From the NCBI GenBank assembly GCA_003208885.1, contig QCUP01000001.1:12750-76749 (forward strand): DNA of 64,000 bases, written 5' to 3'. The notes under the pieces were generated by a model. It was not told the origin of the DNA and searched no databases. It was given only the letters and a program-made list of their open reading frames with translations. Origin of the DNA: Prochlorococcus sp. AG-679-K21 (lineage in GTDB: Bacteria; Cyanobacteriota; Cyanobacteriia; PCC-6307; Cyanobiaceae). The translations under genes were made by a program, and so were the position numbers. Shown here in pieces: positions 9,280-17,803 of this stretch (its first letter is position 1; each line of letters opens with the position of its first letter).

Positions 9280-9849
9280 ATGGATTCTCGTAGACCTAAA
9301 AACTTTAGAAATAATTTTGACAGAACAATACTTGATAAACAAGTTGATAAAATTTTTGAAACAGGCAGACAATTTGTTGATGGTGTATCAGGTTCTAGAC
9401 CAGGTAAAAAAAGAAGTACTGATTTTCAAAGAATATCTCGCCGGAATGTTAAAAATGTCGGAAGATGGGTATCAGATAAAATGGATATGTTTTTTGAAGA
9501 AGAAGATGATGATTGGTCTGATCAAGAAAATAGTTATGAAGAGGCACAAGATATTAAATCTTTTTCAAGAGAATCTAGATTTGTTGATGTTGAGAAACCG
9601 TTTACTAAGCGTCCTTTAGAGGCCTTATCTTTAAGGCAACCTAAAAGTTTCGAGATTAAAGAACAAAAAAAGTTGCCTTATGGAAAATCAAACTCTTTTG
9701 ATGAATGGCCGGATGATTCAGATTTAACAGTTGATAGATGGCAAAGATCTTCTCAAAAAATTAATGGGATTAATATAAATCAAGATAATCTAAAAAGCGG
9801 TTCAAATAATGGAAGAAGTATTCCAAGGTCAAGAAGAAGAAGAATATAG
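9280..9849 (+). CDS. Conserved hypothetical, largely low-complexity protein
   Basis: 189-aa ORF with ETGRQFVDGVSGSRPG and VGRWV blocks, an acidic tract and a basic C-terminus. Confidence 0.75.
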   Translation: MDSRRPKNFRNNFDRTILDKQVDKIFETGRQFVDGVSGSRPGKKRSTDFQRISRRNVKNVGRWVSDKMDMFFEEEDDDWSDQENSYEEAQDIKSFSRESRFVDVEKPFTKRPLEALSLRQPKSFEIKEQKKLPYGKSNSFDEWPDDSDLTVDRWQRSSQKINGININQDNLKSGSNNGRSIPRSRRRRI

Positions 9850-10434
9850 ATTAGAAAAATTTTGAATTCCTGATGGACCTAACCAAGTTTCTAAGAGAGG
9901 ATTGAAGACTTCGCGAATAATAGTTAGGGGTTTTCGGTTACGAAAAAATCTGTAATTTCTTGACCAAAATGGTCCAATAAAACAAAATTCATCTTCTAAC
10001 CAATTTGAATTCACTATTGAAATGCTATCCACTTCTCTAAATAATTCTGATCTATCTTGAGTTAAGTTTTTCCAGATTGGTTCTTCTTTTGCTTTTAAAT
10101 TTTTACTGACTTGTTCTGAATTCCACCAACTTTCAGCCCAGGCAAGATTTTTGTTTTGATTTCTAATCCATACTTGCCTTCTAATTAAAGGTTCTTTCAA
10201 TTGATTAATTTCTCTTGGACCTTCTTTATCAAAAAGAGGATCTATCTGCATAGATGTTAATTTGATTTTTGTTTCACTATTAGTTAAAAGTTGTAAATGT
10301 CTTGTTGGACTACCATCCCCTAGTAACATTAATTTCCATGCTCCAGATATTTTAGGTAAAGAATTTGCAACTAAAAAAGCAGTAGCTTTTTCTTCCCATA
10401 GAATTTTTGGTGAGTTGAAGAGTTTATTATTCAG
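9829..10434 (-). CDS. Chorismate pyruvate-lyase (DUF98/Ycf21, UbiC-like); probable CTG start at 10434 (track ATG 10329)
   Basis: LLGDGSPTRHL, RRQVW, AESWW, ELFRE and PLTIIREVF motifs; the frame is open upstream to the mnmG stop. Confidence 0.82.
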   Translation of the reverse strand: MNNKLFNSPKILWEEKATAFLVANSLPKISGAWKLMLLGDGSPTRHLQLLTNSETKIKLTSMQIDPLFDKEGPREINQLKEPLIRRQVWIRNQNKNLAWAESWWNSEQVSKNLKAKEEPIWKNLTQDRSELFREVDSISIVNSNWLEDEFCFIGPFWSRNYRFFRNRKPLTIIREVFNPLLETWLGPSGIQNFSNLYSSSS

Positions 10435-10452
10435 TGCTGTTACCGATATCTT

Positions 10453-12417
10453 TTAAGATGATAACTTTTTTTCAACGAAACTATTTGTCTTTTCTTTTTT
10501 TAGTTCCTTTATTTTGAGCCAAACTAGTAATGCTGTTAAATCAGCTTTACTGACACCGGGTATTTTGGATGCATCACCAAAATTATTAGGTTTTATTTTA
10601 TTTAAATTTTCGCGGGCTTCTAAAGATAAAGTATCTATTTGATCATAGTTAATTTCTTTTGGGAGTGATTTGAGACTTTGACGATTTATCTGATCAATAT
10701 TATTTTTTTGTCTTTTAAGGTAGCCCTCGTATTTAATATCTATTTCAACTCCTTCAATTACTGCTGTTGGTAGAGTTTTATCTACTAAATCATATTTTAT
10801 AAAATCAGAATAGTGAAGATTTGGTCTTTTTAAAAGTTCTTTTAATGTCGTCGATCCTTTAATTTTTGATCCACTATCCAACTCTATTTTTTTAGCAATT
10901 TCATCAGTACATTTTAAACGTGTATTTTCTAATCTTGAATTTTCTTCTTTAAGAGATTTCATTTTTTTCTTATGAGCCAACCATCTTCTTTCATCTATTA
11001 AGCCTATTTCAAAACCTAAAGGAGTTAATCTCCTGTCTGCATTATCTCCTCGTAAGGTTAATCTATATTCACTTCTACTTGTAAGAACTCTATACGGTTC
11101 TTTAAGATCTCTTGTTATTAAGTCATTGATCATTGTGCCTATATAGCTGCTCTCTCTTGAAAAGATTATTGGATCTTTCATATTTAGTTTTCTAGTTGCA
11201 TTAATTCCTGCAACTAATCCTTGAGCAGCAGCTTCTTCATAGCCAGTCGTTCCATTAATTTGTCCAGCACTAAATAAATTTTCTATCTCAATTGTTTCCA
11301 ATGATGACTTAAGTTGTGTTGCAGGGATGTATTCATATTCAACAGCATAAGCAGGCCTAAGCATTTTACATTTATTTAATCCTGGTAATGTTCTTAAAAG
11401 TTCTAATTGAATATTTTCAGGTAATCCAGTAGAGAATCCTTGTACGTATATTTCTGGTGTATTTATCCCTTCAGGTTCTAAGAAAATTTGATGCGAATTT
11501 TTGTCTGCAAATTTTACAATCTTGTCTTCGATTGAAGGGCAATATCTAGGTCCTTTACTATCTATAAATCCTCCATAGATTGGAGTTAAATGCAAATTAT
11601 TGCGAATTAATTCATGAGTTTTTAAAGTTGTTCTTGTTATGTGACAACTAACTTGTGGCATATCGTTTTTTATTTTGGGATCAAAAGAAAAATATTTATC
11701 TGAAGCTGTACTTGGTTGTATATCTAATTCATCAAAGAATATACTCTTTTTATCCACTCTTGCAGGAGTTCCAGTTTTTAATCGCTCAGTTTTTATTCCA
11801 AGATTATGTAAGCTTTGTGTTAATCCTTGTGCCGCTTGCTCTCCAGATCTCCCTGCAGACATTGATTTATTACCTATCCAGATTCTTCCCTCCAAAAAGG
11901 TTCCTGCGGTTATTATTATTGATTTTGCAGAATAGTAGGTTCCAAAAAAAGTTTCCACACCTATGATTTGCTTTGTCGTATTCTTTACGTTATTTGTAAA
12001 TGTTTCTACCTCTTTTACCACTAATTCAGTAACCATAGCCTCCTTTAGCGAAAGATTATCGGTGTTTTGGAGTATTTCTATCATTCGTTTTGAGTATTCT
12101 CTTTTGTCTGTTTGAGCCCTTAATGCCCAAACGGCTGGCCCCCTGCTAGCATTTAGAATTCTTTTTTGTATTGAAGTTTCATCAGCTAATTGCCCGATGA
12201 TGCCTCCTAAAGCATCAATCTCATGGACTAATTGACTTTTTGCTGGTCCACCAACGGCAGGATTACATGGTTGCCAAGCAATTCGATCTAAATTTATTGT
12301 AAATAAAGCAGTAGAAAAGCCTAATTTTGCTGTTGTAATTGCGGCTTCACAACCTGCATGTCCTCCTCCAATAACAATAATGTCAAAAGACTCATTTGGG
12401 GATTGTGGATCTTTCAT
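10453..12417 (-). CDS. mnmG: tRNA uridine 5-carboxymethylaminomethyl modification enzyme
   Basis: [45 protein letters not shown]. Confidence 0.98.
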   Translation of the reverse strand: MKDPQSPNESFDIIVIGGGHAGCEAAITTAKLGFSTALFTINLDRIAWQPCNPAVGGPAKSQLVHEIDALGGIIGQLADETSIQKRILNASRGPAVWALRAQTDKREYSKRMIEILQNTDNLSLKEAMVTELVVKEVETFTNNVKNTTKQIIGVETFFGTYYSAKSIIITAGTFLEGRIWIGNKSMSAGRSGEQAAQGLTQSLHNLGIKTERLKTGTPARVDKKSIFFDELDIQPSTASDKYFSFDPKIKNDMPQVSCHITRTTLKTHELIRNNLHLTPIYGGFIDSKGPRYCPSIEDKIVKFADKNSHQIFLEPEGINTPEIYVQGFSTGLPENIQLELLRTLPGLNKCKMLRPAYAVEYEYIPATQLKSSLETIEIENLFSAGQINGTTGYEEAAAQGLVAGINATRKLNMKDPIIFSRESSYIGTMINDLITRDLKEPYRVLTSRSEYRLTLRGDNADRRLTPLGFEIGLIDERRWLAHKKKMKSLKEENSRLENTRLKCTDEIAKKIELDSGSKIKGSTTLKELLKRPNLHYSDFIKYDLVDKTLPTAVIEGVEIDIKYEGYLKRQKNNIDQINRQSLKSLPKEINYDQIDTLSLEARENLNKIKPNNFGDASKIPGVSKADLTALLVWLKIKELKKEKTNSFVEKKLSS

Positions 12418-12428
12418 TATCGTGATGA

Positions 12429-13808
12429 TTAATTAGCTAAGTTCCTAAATCTTGTAAATTGGGGTTCAAATAATAATTTAACAGTCCCAACAGGACCGTT
12501 TCTGTGTTTCGTGACAATAATTTCAGTTATTCCTCTATCTTCAGTTTCTGGATTGTAATACTCATCTCTATATATCATCAAGACTAAGTCGGCATCTTGT
12601 TCTATAGACCCAGATTCTCTTAGGTCACTTAACATAGGTCTTTTATTTGTTCTTGATTCAACTCCTCTACTTAATTGAGATAAAGCTACTACTGGTACTT
12701 TTAATTCTCTTGCCATACTTTTGAGACCTCTAGTAATACGAGATAGCTCTTGAACTCTGTTATCAGGTGTTGTACCCTCCATTAGTTGCAAGTAGTCAAT
12801 AACTATTAAACCAAGTTCTTTTTTCTGCTCAGCTATTAATCTTCTGCAAAGAGATCTCATTTCTAAAACACTTAAATTAGGCTTATCGTCAATAAAAATT
12901 GGCAGTTGCCCTAATGAGTTAATTCCTTCTCCAAGTAAAGGCCATTCTTCTTGTTGTAGTCTTCCGGTTCTTAATCTTCCGCTTTCTATTCCCACTTCCA
13001 TAGAAAGCAATCTATAGGTAAGTTGTTCTTTGCTCATCTCAAGGCTAAATACACAAACAGGAAGATCCTGAGATTGAGCTACATTCTTCGCAAGGTTTAA
13101 AACCATTGAAGTTTTCCCCATTGAGGGTCTTCCTGCCACAATTATTAAATCACTTCTTTGAAAGCCCTGAGTCATTGCGTCAAGGTCATAAAAATTTACT
13201 GGAATACCAGCTACAGAAGTTCCTAATGACCTGGACTCTATTTCATTAAAAGTACTTGTAAGAATTTCTGCTGCTTGGGTAAGACCTTTTGTCGGTTTTT
13301 CTTGACTAATTTCAAAAATTTTCTGTTCTGCCTTATCTAAAACCTCATTAGTCTCTTGTGTTTGATCAAATCCTAGTTGAACAACCTCATTCCCAGATCG
13401 GATGAGTTGTCTCCTTATAAATTTATCACTAATTAAATTTGCAACTTGTTCTATTGAGGCTGTAGAAGAAACATTTTCTACGAGTTCAACTAATTTAGTA
13501 TTACCCCCAATCTTTTCAAGTGATCCATTGTCAGCAAGCCATGCACTCATTGAAGTAAGATCTGTAGGTTTGCCTTGTGTATGTAACATTAAGGCCGTTT
13601 TATATATCTCTTGATGAGCATTTATATAAAATGCTTCTGGTTTAATTAAATCGGCAATTCTTCCTATCGCATCAGGATCTAGTAATATGCCACCCAAAAC
13701 AGCCTCTTCGGCTTGAATATTTTGAGGAGGAACTAAACCAGTGTTTTCATTATTAAAGTCTTTTTTAAAATTTTTATTAGACCCATTTGAAAAAGGAATT
13801 GAAACCAT
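12429..13808 (-). CDS. dnaB: Replicative DNA helicase
   Basis: [37 protein letters not shown]; no intein. Confidence 0.98.
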   Translation of the reverse strand: MVSIPFSNGSNKNFKKDFNNENTGLVPPQNIQAEEAVLGGILLDPDAIGRIADLIKPEAFYINAHQEIYKTALMLHTQGKPTDLTSMSAWLADNGSLEKIGGNTKLVELVENVSSTASIEQVANLISDKFIRRQLIRSGNEVVQLGFDQTQETNEVLDKAEQKIFEISQEKPTKGLTQAAEILTSTFNEIESRSLGTSVAGIPVNFYDLDAMTQGFQRSDLIIVAGRPSMGKTSMVLNLAKNVAQSQDLPVCVFSLEMSKEQLTYRLLSMEVGIESGRLRTGRLQQEEWPLLGEGINSLGQLPIFIDDKPNLSVLEMRSLCRRLIAEQKKELGLIVIDYLQLMEGTTPDNRVQELSRITRGLKSMARELKVPVVALSQLSRGVESRTNKRPMLSDLRESGSIEQDADLVLMIYRDEYYNPETEDRGITEIIVTKHRNGPVGTVKLLFEPQFTRFRNLAN

Positions 13809-13866
13809 ATACTTAAAGACTTAGATATATACTCTGACTACTTTTCCAAATAATGCAACAAAGTTA

Positions 13867-14322
13867 TTAACTTATTACTTCAATGTTTACTTCCGCACTT
13901 ACTTCTTGATGAAGTTTTATCTTTGCAACGAAAGAACCCAAATTATGAATATCTGGGACAGTTATGTCTCTTCTGTCAACATCTTTTTTCGTAGCTGCCT
14001 CTATAGCTTCAGCAACATCACCATTAGTAACAGTTCCAAATAGGACCCCATCTTCACCAACTTGTTTCTTTATTGTAAATCTACCAATAGTGGCTAGTGC
14101 GGTTTTAAAGTCAATAGCTTCTTGCTTTACTTTCTCTGCAGCAATTTTTTCTTTTGCTCTTTTTCGTTCAATTTGTTTCAGAATTGAAGGAGTTACATTA
14201 GCTGCTTTACCAAATGGTAATAAGAAATTTCTTGCATAACCAGGTGCTACTTCTACCACATCACCATCTCTACCGAGAGTGGAAATTGATTCTGTTAAAA
14301 CGATTTTTACTCTTTTAGCCAT
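13867..14322 (-). CDS. rplI: 50S ribosomal protein L9
   Basis: [25 protein letters not shown]. Confidence 0.97.
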   Translation of the reverse strand: MAKRVKIVLTESISTLGRDGDVVEVAPGYARNFLLPFGKAANVTPSILKQIERKRAKEKIAAEKVKQEAIDFKTALATIGRFTIKKQVGEDGVLFGTVTNGDVAEAIEAATKKDVDRRDITVPDIHNLGSFVAKIKLHQEVSAEVNIEVIS

Positions 14323-14342
14323 GAAAATATTTATTTATATAT

Positions 14343-15281
14343 TTAATAATAAGACCTAGAGGGTAATTTTACTTTTTTTGCTAATCCTAATTTGGCAAGA
14401 ATTTTAATATGTTCCCAAGTTAAATCAATTTGACCTCTAAATAATCCTTGTCTAGCTGAATTAGGAAATGCATGATGATTATTATGCCATCCTTCTCCAA
14501 ATGTTAAAGCTGCAACCCAAACATTATTTTTTGATTCATCACCACTTTCAAAAGGAGCTTTACCCCAGCAGTGCGTAGCTGAATTTACTAACCAAGTAAT
14601 GTGGTAAACCACTACAAGTCTTAAAGGTATTCCCCATAACACTAATGCCCAGCCTCCAACTCCTAGTTTTTGTCCTATGGCATATAAACATAATCCAATA
14701 GGGATTTGTAAAAAGAGAAAATATTTATTAAGAAATCTATAATATGGGTCTTTAATTAAATCTGCACTTAGTTTGGGTACTGCCTTTAATGCCTCTACAT
14801 CTTTAAACATCCACCCCATATGACTCCACCAAAATCCTCTCTTACTATTGTGATGGTCTACCTCTGTATCTGAAAATGAATGATGATGTCTATGCAAGCC
14901 AACCCAATCTATAGGACCATGTTGGCAACTGATAGCTCCACACGTAGCAAAAAATCTCTCCAACCATTTTGGGACAACAAACGATCTATGGGAAAGCAAA
15001 CGATGATAACCCAAAGTGACTCCTAGGCAAGCAGTTAACCAGTAAAAGAAAAATAATGCTGTTATTGCAGGCATGCTCCAGAACTGAGGTTGTAATGCCA
15101 CTAAGGATAATAAATGTATGGCAATCATAAAAAAGATTGTTCCCCATGTTTTATGTAATCTAGGAGGATATCTTTTAGAGTGACTAGATGGTTCAAGTAA
15201 TTTATCTGAAAGTTCTATAACTTTTTCTGCAGGGACAGGTTTTTTTAATTTGGCTGTTTCTTGGAAGATAACTGATTTCAT
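14343..15281 (-). CDS. desC: Acyl-lipid delta-9 fatty acid desaturase (likely start ATG 15281; track start 15329)
   Basis: His boxes HRLLSH, HRHHH and HNNHH; GEGWHNNHHAF. Confidence 0.9.
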   Translation of the reverse strand: MKSVIFQETAKLKKPVPAEKVIELSDKLLEPSSHSKRYPPRLHKTWGTIFFMIAIHLLSLVALQPQFWSMPAITALFFFYWLTACLGVTLGYHRLLSHRSFVVPKWLERFFATCGAISCQHGPIDWVGLHRHHHSFSDTEVDHHNSKRGFWWSHMGWMFKDVEALKAVPKLSADLIKDPYYRFLNKYFLFLQIPIGLCLYAIGQKLGVGGWALVLWGIPLRLVVVYHITWLVNSATHCWGKAPFESGDESKNNVWVAALTFGEGWHNNHHAFPNSARQGLFRGQIDLTWEHIKILAKLGLAKKVKLPSRSYY

Positions 15282-15357
15282 AATATTGGAAAAACTATTT
15301 TCAAAAAGGCCGATATGTAATAATATCATACTATACTATTGATTATTTAAATTATCC

Positions 15358-16080
15358 GTGAGCTTAGGATATCGCGATAAATTATTGAAAGGACGAAGAG
15401 CAATGGCTCATCTGATTCATCTTTGGCACGAGAGAAATGGTTGGTCCCACAGGGTTCTACCCTTGCTTTCCGAAATACTTGATTTAGGAAGAGTACATAA
15501 TTCTCAGATTTCAAATCTAAGGAACGGAAAGTTATCATCACCTGGCCCGGAGGTTTTCCTTGCATTGGCACAAGTTAATACGATTCTTGATCAAGGGATA
15601 GAATCGATAAGGGATCAATTAGAAAAGAATCATCCAGAGTTATGGAGATCATTGCAAGATTCTGCTCTTCCATTAAAAAATGATGTGGGTAATCCTTTGT
15701 CAGCTGGAGAATTATTTGAAATTTTTTCTGGATTGAAACCTCTTCCATCATCATTTGATTGGTACATAGAGGATCATGAGGCTTCTACATTGAGTGAAGC
15801 TCTTTCTGATCATTTTTGTCAAAATAGGCCTTGGAGATCTTGTAAGTTAATTATTATGGATGCGTACAAGGTCTCTAAGTCTTTAAGAAGAGACCGTTTT
15901 GCAGAAGTGATAGCTGGCATAAAAGATTTTACAGCAGAAGAATTAGATGGTGAATTATTAGATCTTTATGAGACTTCAAAAAAGCTTTCTTATTTCAAAG
16001 GAGGAGGACCTAATACTTTTCTTATGTACTTGAGAGATATAGCTTCACAAAAAAAGAAAGTTTTAAAGAATGAAAAATAA
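15358..16080 (+). CDS. Conserved hypothetical protein with putative N-terminal XRE/Cro-like HTH
   Basis: 240-aa ORF; ERNGWSHRVL...HNSQISNLRNGKLSSPGPEVFLALA resembles the XRE HTH pattern; overlaps the next gene by 11 nt. Confidence 0.65.
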   Translation: MSLGYRDKLLKGRRAMAHLIHLWHERNGWSHRVLPLLSEILDLGRVHNSQISNLRNGKLSSPGPEVFLALAQVNTILDQGIESIRDQLEKNHPELWRSLQDSALPLKNDVGNPLSAGELFEIFSGLKPLPSSFDWYIEDHEASTLSEALSDHFCQNRPWRSCKLIIMDAYKVSKSLRRDRFAEVIAGIKDFTAEELDGELLDLYETSKKLSYFKGGGPNTFLMYLRDIASQKKKVLKNEK

Positions 16081-17359
16081 AAACTATAACTATAGCCTAG
16101 CCGAAGAAATGGTTATATCTGTTGAGGAAAGTTTAAAGGATATTTTTCATGAAAGATCAAATCAAATTTATTACAAATTAGATAATATATTGAAAATTTT
16201 TAAAGAAGAAAAAGTCTCAACTAGTCACTTCCATCAATCTACAGGTAGTGGACACGATGATTTATCTCGACAAAAGATTGATGAGGTATTCGCTAAATTT
16301 TTTCTTGCAGAAAAATCAGCTGTAAGGATGCAATTCGTAAGTGGGACTCATGCTATAAGCTCCGTTCTTTTTGGTATTTTGCGGCCAGGGGATTTAATGT
16401 TATCTGTAACTGGAACTCCTTACGATACATTGGAGGAAGTGATAGGAATTAAAGGAAAGGGCAAAGGTTCTTTATTAGATTTAGGAGTTGAATATCGTCA
16501 AATTAGTATAGATGAAAAAATGAATTTTTATGAAGATAAAATTGTAGATTTTTTTAAACATAATAAATGCAAATTAGTATTTATCCAGAAGAGTTGTGGT
16601 TATAGTTGGAGAAAATCTTTAAATAATAATCAAATAAAACAAATTTGTAACCTTGTTCATTCACTTAATCCTGAATGTATTTGTTTTGTGGATAATTGTT
16701 ATGGAGAACTTGTTGAAAATAGTGAACCAATTAGTAATGGCGCAAATATCATCGCTGGATCGCTAATAAAAAATTTGGGCGGCACTATTGTTCCTACTGG
16801 AGGATATATTGCAGGTGATTCTGAATTAGTTGAAATGGCATGTTGTAGATTAACTGCACCAGGAATTGGTGCCGATGCAGGAATTAACTTTGGTCTAGGA
16901 AGATTAATTCTGCAAGGATTATTTTTAGCACCTCAAATGGTGCACGAATCTTTAAAAGGTGCCGACTTGGTAGCTGCAGTATTTAAAAAACTAGGTTTTA
17001 TGGTTTTACCAGAACCTAAGTCGTACAGATCAGACATAATTCAAGCAGTTAGATTAAATAATCCATATTTAATCCAAAAAGTATGTCAGTCTTTTCAAAA
17101 TTCTTCACCGATAGATTCTTTTTTAAATGTTATTCCATCTCCAATGAGTGGTTATGATTCAAATTTATTAATGTCAGGAGGTACGTTTATTGAAGGAAGT
17201 ACAAGCGAATTTTCAGCTGATTCTCCTTTAAGAGATCCGTATAATATTTTTGTTCAAGGTGGTTCTCACATGGCTCACATCAAAATTGCTTTAATTCAAT
17301 TAGTATTTGAATTATTAGAGGAAAATCTAATAGAAAAGGAATCTCTCATTTTTTCATAA
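16070..17359 (+). CDS. PLP-dependent methionine gamma-lyase / aluminium-resistance (YnbB-like) family protein
   Basis: G.GHDD, FVSGTHAI, PYDTLEEVIG, DNCYGE, GSLIKNLGG (PLP Lys), GGTFIEGST. Confidence 0.88.
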   Translation: MKNKNYNYSLAEEMVISVEESLKDIFHERSNQIYYKLDNILKIFKEEKVSTSHFHQSTGSGHDDLSRQKIDEVFAKFFLAEKSAVRMQFVSGTHAISSVLFGILRPGDLMLSVTGTPYDTLEEVIGIKGKGKGSLLDLGVEYRQISIDEKMNFYEDKIVDFFKHNKCKLVFIQKSCGYSWRKSLNNNQIKQICNLVHSLNPECICFVDNCYGELVENSEPISNGANIIAGSLIKNLGGTIVPTGGYIAGDSELVEMACCRLTAPGIGADAGINFGLGRLILQGLFLAPQMVHESLKGADLVAAVFKKLGFMVLPEPKSYRSDIIQAVRLNNPYLIQKVCQSFQNSSPIDSFLNVIPSPMSGYDSNLLMSGGTFIEGSTSEFSADSPLRDPYNIFVQGGSHMAHIKIALIQLVFELLEENLIEKESLIFS

Positions 17360-17367
17360 ATTTTATT

Positions 17368-17757
17368 ATGTCCTACAAGTTTCCAAATTATTTAAAGTAT
17401 GCCGATACACATGAATATGTTAAGGAAGAGAATGGATTGTTAAAAATTGGTGTTAGTGAATTTGCAATTGATCAATTAGGAGATATTGTTTTTGTTGAAT
17501 TAGTTGAGAAAGGAACATATTTACAAAAAGGAGAAACTTTTGGAACAATTGAGTCTGTAAAGGCTGTTGAAGAAGTATATCTTCCTTTCGCAGGAGAAGT
17601 GATTTCTGTAAACGGAGGTGTTATTGATAATCCAGAAATTTTGCAAAATGATCCAATTGGTGATGGATGGTTGCTAATTATTAAATCAGAATCAAATGTT
17701 TTATTAGATGAATTAATGAATTCAGATGAATATAAATCAAAGGTTGTTCCAAATTAA
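17368..17757 (+). CDS. gcvH: Glycine cleavage system H protein
   Basis: QLGDIVFVEL, IESVKA (lipoyl Lys), DP.GDGWL. Confidence 0.97.
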   Translation: MSYKFPNYLKYADTHEYVKEENGLLKIGVSEFAIDQLGDIVFVELVEKGTYLQKGETFGTIESVKAVEEVYLPFAGEVISVNGGVIDNPEILQNDPIGDGWLLIIKSESNVLLDELMNSDEYKSKVVPN

Positions 17758-17803
17758 AGCAAATTTTTAAAAACCGGCTATTTTAAAGAAAAATAAATTA
17801 AAT

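Noticed and set aside
9254-9619. 121-aa same-strand ORF overlapping 9280-9849
   Set aside because: Alternative frame of the better-supported 189-aa gene; TTG start and no recognisable motif.
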